In this document: piece after piece, positions 30,103 through 40,318 of the stretch
How the letters are laid out: the number at the start of each line of letters is the position of its first letter
Position numbering within the stretch: the first letter of the stretch is position 1
Program-made: the position numbers and the translations under genes
Notes under the pieces: generated by a model
Databases searched by the model: none
What the model saw: the letters and a program-made list of their open reading frames with translations, nothing else
Told to the model about the DNA's origin: nothing
From: Marinicella sp.
GTDB taxonomy: Bacteria; Pseudomonadota; Gammaproteobacteria; Xanthomonadales; Marinicellaceae
DNA: 64,000 nt
Assembly: GCA_965230295.1 (NCBI GenBank)
Contig: OZ246001.1
Span: 1,856,001-1,920,000 of the forward strand
Direction: 5' to 3'

Positions 30103-30217
30103 CTTTGGAACATCCGTTCAGATATCCATTTGTGTGTTGAGAAATCACCTCATGAGTTTAATCTGATTAACGAATCAGTTATAGTGGTGCCATTAGAATA
30201 ATCACGTGACCGGCTGA

Positions 30218-31132
30218 ATGAAATACTACACGCCTCTGATTCCTTTTTCTTTGGGAATTTTATTGCTGTTGCAACTGCCAATTTTTGCTGATCTGGTGTG
30301 GGCCAATGGCATCTTACAATTGTTGATATTCATTGCTTTGGCTTCTTTACCGGCGCTAAGAACAGGGCGTATGAGTTATGTCGATATTGCCTGGCCTTGG
30401 GGGTTGGTTCTATTGGGCTTAATTACCTTGATCAATTGTCCTGAGTTAAATTTACGGGTTTGGTTGGTGTCGACCTTATACATATTGATGGGATTACGTA
30501 TGGGGTTGGGGGCGATTAAACTTTGGCAGGCTGGTTATTTAAACAGTGAACTTCCTCGCTACCAGTACCAACGCAGGCGGTGGCGACGCAAAGGCAAGCA
30601 CAACACACCATTGGCCATGCAAGTTGAAATCCTGGTTCAAGGATTGGCCAATGTTTCATTTTTGGCCATACCAGCCTTTGTGATGGCCGTGAATCCGGAC
30701 CCTTCAATTGCGGTGATGACATGGGTCGGTTTGGTGTTGTGGATTGGTGCCTATGTGATGGAATCGGTTGCAGACATGCAAAAACTGAATTTCCTCAGGG
30801 AGATGAAAAAAGAAGGGGTTCGGCATCAGGTGTGCGATGTGGGCTTGTGGGCTTACAGCAGACATCCCAATTATTTTGCTGAATGGATGGCATGGAATGC
30901 CTTGGTCATCATGGCTGTACCCTCATGGTTTTATCTGCTGTCTACTCAACCGGTGGTTTTGTGGTTAACCATGGGTGTGGCGCTGGTGCTGGTCTCATAC
31001 ATCATGTACAGCACTCTGGTTTTTTATACCGGTGCTGTTCCTGCAGAATATTACTCAGTCAAGAAAAGACCTCAATACGAGTCGTATCAGAAAGCCACCA
31101 ACCGGTTTTTTCCGGGTTCAAAAAAAAATTAA
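30218..31132 (+). CDS. DUF1295 / steroid 5-alpha reductase-like membrane protein
   Basis: VDIAW, ESVADMQK, GLWAYSRHPNYFAEW. Confidence 0.87.
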   Translation: MKYYTPLIPFSLGILLLLQLPIFADLVWANGILQLLIFIALASLPALRTGRMSYVDIAWPWGLVLLGLITLINCPELNLRVWLVSTLYILMGLRMGLGAIKLWQAGYLNSELPRYQYQRRRWRRKGKHNTPLAMQVEILVQGLANVSFLAIPAFVMAVNPDPSIAVMTWVGLVLWIGAYVMESVADMQKLNFLREMKKEGVRHQVCDVGLWAYSRHPNYFAEWMAWNALVIMAVPSWFYLLSTQPVVLWLTMGVALVLVSYIMYSTLVFYTGAVPAEYYSVKKRPQYESYQKATNRFFPGSKKN

Positions 31133-31210
31133 CCCATAAAAGATTGACCGGCATCAATTAACCCAGGGGATTTTTGTTTCATAATATTTCTTTTGGTATG
31201 AATTATTGGT

Positions 31211-32836
31211 ATGGCATTTTGGCAGGCATTGGCTGGATTAGGGTTGTTTCTGTTTGGAATGAAACAATTGGAGGCTGCCCTGAAACTGATGGCCGGGGCC
31301 CAGTTCAACCGCTGGATCATTAACTCAACTAATCGCCCCATTCGTTCAGTTTCTACCGGCATCATTGCCACTGCAATGGTACAAAGCAGTTCTTTGGTTG
31401 GGTTGATTACCTTGGCGTTTGTGGGTGCCGGTATCATGCCTTTGGTCAATGGTATTGGGGTGGTACTTGGTTCAAATCTTGGCACCACTTTCACCGGTTG
31501 GATGGTGGCTACATTAGGCTTTAAAGTGGACATGTCCTTGTTGGTTTACCCTTTGTTAGGCCTGGGCGGATTAGGCTATGGTTTGTTGAAAGGAAAGAGT
31601 CAATCTGTGGCCTTAGCGATCTTGGGAATGTCCTTGTTGTTGATGGGGCTGGACTTCATGAAAGACAGTGCCACAGCTGTGTCAGACCAACTCAGCTTAG
31701 GTGTTTTGCAAGGTTACCCATTGATCGTCTATTTACTGTTTGGTGTGGTAATGACAGCAATCATTCAAAGCAGTTCGGTGATGATGATGTTGTCATTGGC
31801 TGCGCTGTATGCTGGCTTGTTGACGTTACCTGCCGCTGCTGCGGTGGTCATTGGTGCAGACCTGGGTACCACCAGTACAGTGATGCTGGGAGGCATTCAG
31901 GGTGCTGCTGCCAAACGCCGATTGGCCTTGGCCCATGTGATTTTTAATTTGGTGGTGGATGTGTTGGCCTTTGCCTCGATTCATTGGATTTTATCACTGA
32001 TCACACATTTGCAAATTGAAGACCCTTTGTTGGGCTTGGTGGCCTTTCACAGCTTTTTTAATTTGATGGGATTGTTGTTGTTCTTGCCTTTTATTCATGC
32101 CTTCAGCCGTGGTTTAGAAAAATTGGTCAAAACCAAAAAACTGGATCACGGGGTGGCATACATCAATGCGGTACCGGCCACAGTGACTGAAGCTGCAATG
32201 GAAGCCTTGTCATTAGAAACCAAACGGTTGATTGCTTTGGTCTTGTATTTCAACATGCGACAACTGGCGATTGATCATGAATCCATTACTGCCGCTGATC
32301 TGCCAGAAGTGTTCAGCAAGAAAAATGACATGGAATTTTATACCAGCCTCAAAGGCCTTGAAGGAGAAATCATCGCCTATGCCATGTTGGTGCAAAAGCT
32401 CAGCCAACCACAGCAAGATAACAGGGATTTCTCACATCAATTGGGCGGCAAAATAGACCACTATATGCAAGCCATAAGAGCGGCCATATATGCGGCCAAA
32501 TCAATCAAAGACATCCATGACAACATCCATGATTTCCAATCCACCACTGAACAAAATTCAAGAGGGTATTTCAAAGAAATCATGGCTTTCACAGAAACCC
32601 ATTATCAAACTTTGGCGGCCATGATGGCGATGGATTGTGAAATATTGAATGAAGAGTTGAACACATTAAAAGAACAAGCCAACACCAGTCGTCGCGAATT
32701 CAGGTCGAAAATCCATCAACACATGAGCAGCCAGGCATTGAATTCAGCTGATTTATCGACCTTATTGAATGTCAACAAAGAGGTATACAATTCCAAAAGT
32801 GCTTTGATCAAAGCGCTGAATGAGATCAGTTTATAA
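31211..32836 (+). CDS. Na+/Pi cotransporter family protein
   Basis: GLGLFLFGM, two QSSS repeats, GSNLGTT / GADLGTT. Confidence 0.92.
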   Translation: MAFWQALAGLGLFLFGMKQLEAALKLMAGAQFNRWIINSTNRPIRSVSTGIIATAMVQSSSLVGLITLAFVGAGIMPLVNGIGVVLGSNLGTTFTGWMVATLGFKVDMSLLVYPLLGLGGLGYGLLKGKSQSVALAILGMSLLLMGLDFMKDSATAVSDQLSLGVLQGYPLIVYLLFGVVMTAIIQSSSVMMMLSLAALYAGLLTLPAAAAVVIGADLGTTSTVMLGGIQGAAAKRRLALAHVIFNLVVDVLAFASIHWILSLITHLQIEDPLLGLVAFHSFFNLMGLLLFLPFIHAFSRGLEKLVKTKKLDHGVAYINAVPATVTEAAMEALSLETKRLIALVLYFNMRQLAIDHESITAADLPEVFSKKNDMEFYTSLKGLEGEIIAYAMLVQKLSQPQQDNRDFSHQLGGKIDHYMQAIRAAIYAAKSIKDIHDNIHDFQSTTEQNSRGYFKEIMAFTETHYQTLAAMMAMDCEILNEELNTLKEQANTSRREFRSKIHQHMSSQALNSADLSTLLNVNKEVYNSKSALIKALNEISL

Positions 32837-32880
32837 AGGCGGAAAGAAGGTTCAGCCAACTCAATTGGTATTAACTGGCC

Positions 32881-34032
32881 CTAATAATTCCCTATCAAAC
32901 ACTGAATCAGCACGTCAATGTCTTCTTTTTCTAGGTTGGCATTCAGGGTGATGCGCAATCGGCACTGGTTCTTGGGTACAGTGGGTGGTCTGATGGCGGT
33001 GGTTACGATGCCGCATTCCTTCAAGTAAGCTGATTTTTCCAATGCCGCCGCTTCTGTCTTTAACATGATGGGTTGAATCGGCGATTCTGTGAATTTGGCT
33101 TGATCGGCCAAGTCATATTGTTTACAGCCCTGTTGAAATTGATAGATCAACTCCAGAATTTTCTCGCGCCGCCAGGGTTCTGTGCGGATGATTTCCAAGG
33201 CTTTCAAAGTGGCCGCCACCACCGGCACGGGTAGGGCGGTGTTGTATTTATAGGTGCGGGCTTTTTGAATGATGGTCTCCACCAGTGTATCTGATGCGGC
33301 CACATAAGCACCCGCTGTGCCAAAGGCTTTACCAAAAGTACCTGATAAGATGGGCACTTCGGTTTCACTGAGGATCATGGTGTCTAATACCCCACGGCCC
33401 TGATCTCCCATCACACCCACGCCATGACAATCATCAACCCAAAGCAAAGCGTTGTAAGTGTGGGCACTGAGGGCAGCAGAAAACAAATCATGGCTGTCGC
33501 CATCCATGGAAAACACACCCTCGGTGGCCCACAATTTAAAGCGGTTGACATCTTCGGCCAAAATGGCTTCAGCCTTGGCGTTGTTCAAATGGGGGTAGCG
33601 TTTCAGTTCGGCACCAGACAATTGTGCCGCGTCGATCAAGGAGGCATGGTTCAGGCGGTCCTGAATGAACCAGTCTTTGCGTTTAAGCAGGGCTTGGGCT
33701 ACACCCAAATTGGCCAAATAACCCGCAGAAAATAACACCACACGAGGATACTTGAGGAAATCAGCCATGGCATATTCCAGTTCCTGGTGGATCGAGGTGT
33801 AGCCAGACATCAGGGGTGAACCGGTGGATCCAAAACCAAATTTACTGGCCGCATCCTGGGCCGCCATCAGTACTTCAGGGTGGTTGGCCAGGCCCAGATA
33901 ATCGTTGCTGTTGAAATTCAGCATTTGCCGACCTTCCATGGAGACATAACGCCCCACCATGGAAGTGCGGGTCATGCGTTCACGAAACAACTGTTGTTCT
34001 TTGAGTTTTTCCAGCTGCTGATCAAATTTCAT
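32881..34032 (-). CDS. bioF: 8-amino-7-oxononanoate synthase
   Basis: SNDYLGL, DRLNHASL, VFSMDGD, GTFGKAFG, IRPPTVP. Confidence 0.95.
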   Translation of the reverse strand: MKFDQQLEKLKEQQLFRERMTRTSMVGRYVSMEGRQMLNFNSNDYLGLANHPEVLMAAQDAASKFGFGSTGSPLMSGYTSIHQELEYAMADFLKYPRVVLFSAGYLANLGVAQALLKRKDWFIQDRLNHASLIDAAQLSGAELKRYPHLNNAKAEAILAEDVNRFKLWATEGVFSMDGDSHDLFSAALSAHTYNALLWVDDCHGVGVMGDQGRGVLDTMILSETEVPILSGTFGKAFGTAGAYVAASDTLVETIIQKARTYKYNTALPVPVVAATLKALEIIRTEPWRREKILELIYQFQQGCKQYDLADQAKFTESPIQPIMLKTEAAALEKSAYLKECGIVTTAIRPPTVPKNQCRLRITLNANLEKEDIDVLIQCLIGNY

Positions 34033-34180
34033 ACCAATGGGCCCCGTTCACCATATTGGTGATTCATTATAGCGATTTATTTAAACCAATGTGGGTCAGA
34101 AAATTCTCTCGGGCCATGATAAATCACAATTGTTTCGATTCCGTACGTTTATATCAAGCTTGATTGAACATTCTATACCC

Positions 34181-34293
34181 GTCATTGCGAGGAGCTTTGC
34201 GACACCCAATCGAGTTGAGTGCAGGCTTAAGCAATCTCATGAATTTGAAATTAATTCAGGAGATTGCCACGGCACTTTGTGCCTCGCAATGAC
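34181..34293. repeat. GTCATTGCGAG-type palindromic element (RPE/MITE-like)
   Basis: 12-bp inverted ends GTCATTGCGAGG/CCTCGCAATGAC; inner GCAATCTC/GAGATTGC stem. Confidence 0.8.
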
Positions 34294-34311
34294 AGAATCA
34301 TTTAATCATCA

Positions 34312-34591
34312 CTGCGAAGGAGTTACGGTTTTATGCATAGCAAAAAGAAGAGGCCTCGCAGCAAACCAGACCCATGTTGTCCCTTGGCAAGTACAGCGCG
34401 CCTAACAGGGCAACTCATCAATTTCTGCGGAGAGGTTATGGTTTGCATCGAAGATGCAAGAAGTGGCCTTGCAACAAACCAGACCGATGTTGTTCCTTGG
34501 CGAGCTAGCGAGTCAATTAGGACAACTCATTAAAGTCTGCGCAGAGGTTACGGTTTTTTGCATAGCAAAAAGAAGTGGCCTCGCAGCAAAC
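34312..34591 (+). repeat. Tandem array of 2.5 structured units of 112-113 nt
   Basis: Units start CTGCG at 34312, 34425, 34537; shared AGAAGTGGCCTCGCAGCAAACCAGACC and CAACTCAT; two hairpins per full unit. Confidence 0.9.
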
Positions 34592-34594
34592 TAA

Positions 34595-35560
34595 TTAATG
34601 ACGATGTGGCATGGGCTCTATACCCAACTTTTTGAACAGGGCCATGTCTTTGTTTTCTTCCGGGTTGGCTGTGGTGAGCAGCTTTTCACCGTAGAATATC
34701 GAATTGGCACCGGCAAAGAAACACATGGCTTGGACCGCTTCAGACATGTCATTGCGACCGGCCGACAAACGCACCATGGATTTGGGCATCATGAGGCGGG
34801 CCACTGCTATGGTGCGGACAAAATCCAATTCATCAATTTTATCGATGCCGTGTAAAGGTGTGCCTTTGACTTGCACCAAAGCATTGATCGGCACACTGCC
34901 CGGGTGTTGTTCCAGATTGGCCAGGGCCATCAGCATGCCGCCACGGTCACGTTGTGATTCACCCATTCCGACAATGCCACCTGAGCACACATTGATGCCT
35001 GAATCCTGAACATTTTTCAGGGTGTCCATGCGCATTTCAAATTTACGTGTGGTGATGATCTTGTCGTAGTATTCTTCAGAGGTGTCGATGTTGTGGTTGT
35101 AATAATCCAAACCGGCATCAGACAACTTCTTAGATTGGTCAGGGGACAACATACCCAAAGTCAGGCAGGTTTCCATGCCCAGGGCTTTGACACCTTTGAC
35201 CATATCAATCACCTGATCTAAATCACGGTCTTTGGGGCTGCGCCAGGCTGCGCCCATACAAAAACGGGTGGCGCCTTGTTCTTTGGCCAAGCCTGCTTGT
35301 TCAACCACAGTATCAACCGCCATCAAAGGTTCAGCTTCGACCTCGGTTTCGTAACGAACTGATTGGGGGCAGTAGTTACAATCTTCTGGACAAGCACCGG
35401 TTTTGATGCTCAGTAAAGTGCTGATTTGTACGTGATTGGGATTGAAATATTCACGGTGCATCCGGTGTGCTTGAAACAACAAATCATTGAAAGGTAAGGC
35501 AAATAATTGTTCGACTTCTTCGATGGTCCAATCGTGGCGAATGTGCTGATTTTCAGGCAT
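34595..35560 (-). CDS. bioB: Biotin synthase
   Basis: CPEDCNYC radical SAM motif, CMGAAWR, YNHNIDT, VRLSAGR. Confidence 0.98.
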   Translation of the reverse strand: MPENQHIRHDWTIEEVEQLFALPFNDLLFQAHRMHREYFNPNHVQISTLLSIKTGACPEDCNYCPQSVRYETEVEAEPLMAVDTVVEQAGLAKEQGATRFCMGAAWRSPKDRDLDQVIDMVKGVKALGMETCLTLGMLSPDQSKKLSDAGLDYYNHNIDTSEEYYDKIITTRKFEMRMDTLKNVQDSGINVCSGGIVGMGESQRDRGGMLMALANLEQHPGSVPINALVQVKGTPLHGIDKIDELDFVRTIAVARLMMPKSMVRLSAGRNDMSEAVQAMCFFAGANSIFYGEKLLTTANPEENKDMALFKKLGIEPMPHRH

Positions 35561-35659
35561 GTTGATCCAGTGAAATTTCAAAAATATGAAGTATGCGATG
35601 TGCAGGCTAAATAGTCAATGTTTGTCGCAGTCAAATTATTTTCCAATGCTCACCAGGCT

Positions 35660-35691
35660 AAAAAAAGCAGCAAGGGTTGACGAATTGCTGC
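35660..35691 (-). terminator. Rho-independent terminator after the PQQ-type dehydrogenase gene
   Basis: GCAGCAA/TTGCTGC stem with 7 T on the minus strand. Confidence 0.7.
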
Positions 35692-35714
35692 CCCAGGTCA
35701 AATCAGGTTTTTAG

Positions 35715-36908
35715 CTATTCAAAATCATCCGCAAAAATCATGTCATCGGCTAAAGTTGGCCCAGTGATTTTCAGCAACCCAGACCAGGCCACTGCATACA
35801 ATTCGCCATCCTCGCTTTCGCCCATGCTGGTGACTGCAAAACCGCCAATCAACACACCCATATCAAAAAATTCCCAGCCATTGGTGGTTTCACGTGCCGC
35901 AAAATACCTGCCATCACACCAATCTGTAAACAAATACCAACCGTACAGTCCTGCATAATCTGAACCGCGGTAGCGATAGCCACCCACGGCGGTACAGAAA
36001 TTGCTACCAGGTTGGTCATGTTGTAGTGCTGCTATGGGTAAATCATTGGGGCCATTGCTGTCACAACCTCCTAGCCCTGAAAAGTCAGCCCCCTCAAAAC
36101 AAGGCCAGCCATAGTTTTGACCACCACTGCCAGCCGGTGTGTGATTGAATTCTTCCCAAGTGTCTTCGCCCACATCGCCAATGAACAGGTCTCCATTGAT
36201 TCGGTCATGGGATATCCGCCAAGGGTTGCGTAAACCACTGACCCACACTTCATCGGCACCTGTTGTATTGGCATATGGGTTGTCAGCTGGAATGGCATAG
36301 TTTCTGTCACCATCACCCGGGAAGTCATCGCCATCCACATCTATGCGCAAAATCTTCCCTAACAGGCTGTCTAAATCTTGTGATGCCATGGGGTCACCAC
36401 TGCCATCTCCAGAACTGATGTATAAAAAACCATCAGTTGGGCCAAAGCTTAAATCGCCGCCGTTATGAGCGCCAAAGGGCTGCACAAAGGTTAACACCAT
36501 TTGAGCGGAAGCGGGGTTGGCCACATTGATGTCACCTGCTGATACACTGTACCGCTCAATCACCGAATCACCGCTTAAGTCGGTGTAATAAACATAGAAA
36601 AAGCCGTTATTGGCGTAATTGGGATGAAAGGCCAGGCCGAGCAATCCACGCTCTCCTCCGGATGTGATGATGGCACTGATGTCTAAAAATGGCGTGGCCA
36701 AATGAATGCCATTCTCAACCACTTTGATTTGTCCACCTTGTTGAGTGACAAACAAGCGATCACTGCCATCACCCGCGTTGGTCACACTGACTGGATTGGT
36801 GAATCCGTTGGCCACATCTTCGGTACCTAAAAAGGCCGGCTGAGCGACGGCAACTCCGGTGAACAACATGGATATTACCCATGCGACAATCATTGATTTA
36901 TTTTTCAT
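35715..36908 (-). CDS. Secreted PQQ-dependent sugar dehydrogenase (GSDH beta-propeller) ending in DMIFADDFE
   Basis: Signal peptide; GERGLLGLAFHP, HNGG, LLGKILRIDVD, GLRNPWR, DVG, NYGWP. Confidence 0.9.
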   Translation of the reverse strand: MKNKSMIVAWVISMLFTGVAVAQPAFLGTEDVANGFTNPVSVTNAGDGSDRLFVTQQGGQIKVVENGIHLATPFLDISAIITSGGERGLLGLAFHPNYANNGFFYVYYTDLSGDSVIERYSVSAGDINVANPASAQMVLTFVQPFGAHNGGDLSFGPTDGFLYISSGDGSGDPMASQDLDSLLGKILRIDVDGDDFPGDGDRNYAIPADNPYANTTGADEVWVSGLRNPWRISHDRINGDLFIGDVGEDTWEEFNHTPAGSGGQNYGWPCFEGADFSGLGGCDSNGPNDLPIAALQHDQPGSNFCTAVGGYRYRGSDYAGLYGWYLFTDWCDGRYFAARETTNGWEFFDMGVLIGGFAVTSMGESEDGELYAVAWSGLLKITGPTLADDMIFADDFE

Positions 36909-36932
36909 ACCCCACCTTTTTTAAGGTTAATT

Positions 36933-37266
36933 ATTTAGGGATGCCCTTGGGTCTTCATTCATTTTTGTTACCGATAAAAATGAAAGCGACCTCGGCGAGC
37001 ATATCTCTCTACTTCGGACGAGCTACGGTATTCAAGTAAGGCTTCTTGGCTTAACGCCAAACCGCCATACTTTCATTGCCTGCTCTTGCCCCCTCTGACT
37101 GGCCTATATGGATGTAGGTCTGTCGCGCTAGCAGGATGCGGAAGCGACCAGTTTCACTTCACGGCTGATCGGCCATTACGTAATTACTTCTTTGCTCTGC
37201 AAAACCGCAATTACTTCATAGCCTGCCTAACCGAGTGCGCCGGTCGAACTGATGGCCCGTTCTCCA
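36933..37266. repeat. MITE-like modular structured repeat, diverged copy 3
   Basis: ATTTAGGGATGCCCTTGGGTCTTCATTC vs ATTTAGGAATGTTCTTGGGGCTTCATTC; TGAAAGCGACCTC; ATTCAA..GGCTTCTT..AAACCGCCA..CTTTCAT; GCCTAACCG. Confidence 0.75.
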
Positions 37267-37363
37267 TTGTTATGTACAGCTGAACTGCACTTGTTTTCCA
37301 GGCTGATCAGTCTAATTACAGTGTCATTGGTCGTCTAGGGGTAAAGGTATGAACGGTAAAAAA

Positions 37364-37780
37364 TTAAGGCTTAACGGTATTTGGTTTGGGATTCAATATG
37401 ACGAAAATATAGACGCCAACAAGCACGTCGAATGACACACAAGCCCACGCATACCAAATGGGTACCACCTCTTGAATGGGGCCGTAAAGGTGTAAAAACA
37501 CATCCCAAACAGGGTGTAACAACCAGCCGATTGCCAGCCAGTTGATGTGGTGTTTAAATGACAGCAGGTAGAACAGACCGTACACAACAATTCCACTGAG
37601 TTCAGTCAATAAGTGCTCATGTTGATTTTGTATGAGGGCCATCAATGGATAAATCAAGGCAGCTATGATCAAAGCCCTGCCCAACAGTTTGTGACTGGCT
37701 CGATTGGGTAGTTGTTTGGCATACCACAACAAAAAAATGGCCCCGATCAAACCCAGGAACAGGTACAACAATATCAGCAT
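37364..37780 (-). CDS. Membrane protein (DUF6010-like)
   Basis: Multiple TM segments; GWLLHPVWD..H and PIWY..AC..FD pattern. Confidence 0.75.
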   Translation of the reverse strand: MLILLYLFLGLIGAIFLLWYAKQLPNRASHKLLGRALIIAALIYPLMALIQNQHEHLLTELSGIVVYGLFYLLSFKHHINWLAIGWLLHPVWDVFLHLYGPIQEVVPIWYAWACVSFDVLVGVYIFVILNPKPNTVKP

Positions 37781-37878
37781 GTGTTTGGATGGAGCTGCAT
37801 GGATTCACTTTAACATAAACGCTTCGCAAGCCAGATGATTCTGTTAAAATCATCAGCTGTTCATACATTTTACCGCTC

Positions 37879-38505
37879 ATGGCAGTTCACGAAATCACCC
37901 ACCCTTTGGTGCAACATAAAATAGGTTTGCTGCGACACAAAGACATTGCAGTCCAGGACTTCCGCACCATCGTTTCTGAAATTGGCGTGTTGTTGACCTA
38001 CGAAGCAACGCGACATTTATCCATTAAAAAACGAACCATTCAGACTTGGGCTGGAGAAACAGAAGTTGAAAAAATAAGCAACAGTCAAATTTCAGTGGTA
38101 CCCATCCTCAGGGCCGGCTTGGGCATGTTGGATGGTGTATTGAAAATGCTACCTGGAGCCGGGGTGTCGGTGGTGGGCTTTGCCCGCAATGAAGAAACTT
38201 TAGAAGCCGAAGCCTATTATGAAAAATTGGTCACAAACATCCAGGATCGTGAAGTGATTGTGGTAGATCCCATGTTAGCCACAGGTGGTACTTTGGATGC
38301 CACATTGGATTTATTAAAACAAGCGGGATGTAAAAAGATCACCGGCATATTCTTGGTGGCTGCACCGGAAGGCTTGGCCCGGATTGAAGACAAGCACCCG
38401 GATGTAGATATCTATGTGGCGGCCATTGATGATCACCTCAATGACCAAGGGTATATCTTACCCGGGCTGGGCGATGCAGGTGATAAGATTTTTGGTACTT
38501 TGTAG
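37879..38505 (+). CDS. upp: Uracil phosphoribosyltransferase
   Basis: [36 protein letters not shown]. Confidence 0.98.
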   Translation: MAVHEITHPLVQHKIGLLRHKDIAVQDFRTIVSEIGVLLTYEATRHLSIKKRTIQTWAGETEVEKISNSQISVVPILRAGLGMLDGVLKMLPGAGVSVVGFARNEETLEAEAYYEKLVTNIQDREVIVVDPMLATGGTLDATLDLLKQAGCKKITGIFLVAAPEGLARIEDKHPDVDIYVAAIDDHLNDQGYILPGLGDAGDKIFGTL

Positions 38506-38525
38506 CCTATTTAAGCCGACAATTC

Positions 38526-39239
38526 ATGTTGTTCACATCACTCAGGTTTTTACTTTTAAAAATTCTACTTGGGCCGGTTATGCTGATTCAAGGGTGGTGG
38601 GTGCGCAGAAACACACCTGTATTACCTGAACCTGTCATTCACAAAAAAGGTCAGGTTGGTACAGGACCACCATTTAGACTGTTGCTGGTAGGTGACTCTT
38701 CTGCAGCAGGTGTTGGAGCGCCCTGTGCAGAGCAATCTTTGTTGGGTGAGCTGCTGGCGTTGTTGAGAAAAGACCATCAAGTCACTTATCACATGCTGGC
38801 AGAAACAGGCAAAACAACAGCAGAAATATTAATGGATTTGGTGGATGAACCTGCTGAACATCATGATTTGGTTGTCACTGCTTTGGGTGTCAATGATGTG
38901 ACCTCACAAGTCCCACTGAACAAATGGTCAGAACAACAAAAAGCATTGATAAACACCATCAACAGTAAATTTTCACCCAATCAGTTGATCATGTCAGGGC
39001 TGCCACCTGTGCGGGAATTTCCTGCCTTGCCATGGCCATTGAATGCTTATATGGGCGCTTATGCCGATCAATTGAATAAGATGTTGGTACAAATAACAAC
39101 GGCACATGAAGGTGTTGAATTCTTGAGTTTACGTGGTTATCCAGATGAGGCAAAAGCGGCGACAGATGGATTTCATCCCGGGCCAACGGTGTACCGCCTG
39201 TGGGCACAAAACATCGTTGCTGCCATCGATATCAAATAA
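38526..39239 (+). CDS. SGNH/GDSL hydrolase
   Basis: VGDSSAAG, LGVND, DGFHP. Confidence 0.92.
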   Translation: MLFTSLRFLLLKILLGPVMLIQGWWVRRNTPVLPEPVIHKKGQVGTGPPFRLLLVGDSSAAGVGAPCAEQSLLGELLALLRKDHQVTYHMLAETGKTTAEILMDLVDEPAEHHDLVVTALGVNDVTSQVPLNKWSEQQKALINTINSKFSPNQLIMSGLPPVREFPALPWPLNAYMGAYADQLNKMLVQITTAHEGVEFLSLRGYPDEAKAATDGFHPGPTVYRLWAQNIVAAIDIK

Positions 39240-39261
39240 GCAGAATGTTATAATTTCTATC

Positions 39262-40317
39262 ATGTTGAACCAACTTCTCAGTCAAAAGACCCAACAACGT
39301 CTGGCAGAAATTTCTACAGCTTTTGCCACAGCTGAACCTTTCAAGCATGTGGTAATAGATGATTTTTTCGAGTCTGATTTTTGCCAACAATTGGTTGATC
39401 AGTTTCCTGAATTTAAAGCACGTGATGCGGTGGATGAAAACCAAACTTTGGGTAAAAAGGCAGTGGTACAAACGGTCAGCCAGTTGGGCAGTGCTTACCA
39501 AAAATTGGATCAGCTGGTGCAAAGTGAGGCGTTTTTATCTGCCATTGAGAACATAACGGGCATCCAACACCTGGTATACGATCCACATTATATTGGTGGT
39601 GGGACTCATAACAACATGGATACGCAAGAGCTGGATCCGCATGTAGATTTCACTCACCATCCGATAACCAGTCACCACCGCAGGCTGAACTTGATTGTGT
39701 ATTTAAACCACGAATGGGAAACCGAATGGGGGGGTAACATTGAATTTCACCGCAATCCGAGATTGCCGGTTGCTGAAGACCAGATCACCAGTGTAAGGCC
39801 GTTGTTTAACCGGGCTGTTATTTTCGAAACCCACAACCATTCCTGGCATGGTTTTCCACCCATTAAGTTACCCGCCGACAGAAAGGACATCAGCAGAAAA
39901 TCATTTGCCCTTTATTATTACACCAAGCAAAGAACCAAGGGTATTGAGCCGCATTCGACCATATATGTTGAAAGACACTTGGCAGAAAAATTCAAACCAG
40001 GCCGATCATTGAATGAAGCAGATGTCAGTGAGCTGCAAACTTTATTGAATCGAAGGGATCAACATTTGGAACGACTGTATAAGAACATCACCGCCCAAAC
40101 CAAACAAATCAGCCAGTTACAAGCTGAGGTTTCAACATTGAAATTTTTGGCAGGTGATTCCTCTCAACAAGAACAAGACATCATGCGAAAGATGAAACTG
40201 TTGAGTTTTGATGAAACCCGTTTATTGAACCGGGTCCAGGAATTGGAAAATTCCACTTCCTGGAAGATCACAGCACCGTTGCGCAAAATCAAAAGTTGGA
40301 TCAGCCGGAACCGGTGA
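39262..40317 (+). CDS. 2OG-Fe(II) oxygenase with C-terminal coiled coil and STSWKITAPLR tail
   Basis: PFKHVVIDDF, GGG.H, HVD facial triad, RRLNLIVYLN, SWHG, RKS.ALYYY; start at MLNQ. Confidence 0.88.
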   Translation: MLNQLLSQKTQQRLAEISTAFATAEPFKHVVIDDFFESDFCQQLVDQFPEFKARDAVDENQTLGKKAVVQTVSQLGSAYQKLDQLVQSEAFLSAIENITGIQHLVYDPHYIGGGTHNNMDTQELDPHVDFTHHPITSHHRRLNLIVYLNHEWETEWGGNIEFHRNPRLPVAEDQITSVRPLFNRAVIFETHNHSWHGFPPIKLPADRKDISRKSFALYYYTKQRTKGIEPHSTIYVERHLAEKFKPGRSLNEADVSELQTLLNRRDQHLERLYKNITAQTKQISQLQAEVSTLKFLAGDSSQQEQDIMRKMKLLSFDETRLLNRVQELENSTSWKITAPLRKIKSWISRNR

Positions 40318-40318
40318 A

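Noticed and set aside
34091-34533. ORFs 34091-34405 and 34333-34533
   Set aside because: Translations of palindromic and tandem repeats; the repeated peptide only mirrors the DNA repeat and the unit length is not a multiple of 3
34312-34591. Tandem array read as CRISPR
   Set aside because: Units are 112-113 nt and similar along their whole length, with no unique spacers and no cas genes in the window
35561-35659. BirA operator upstream of bioB
   Set aside because: No convincing TGTAAACC-N-GGTTTACA-type inverted repeat visible
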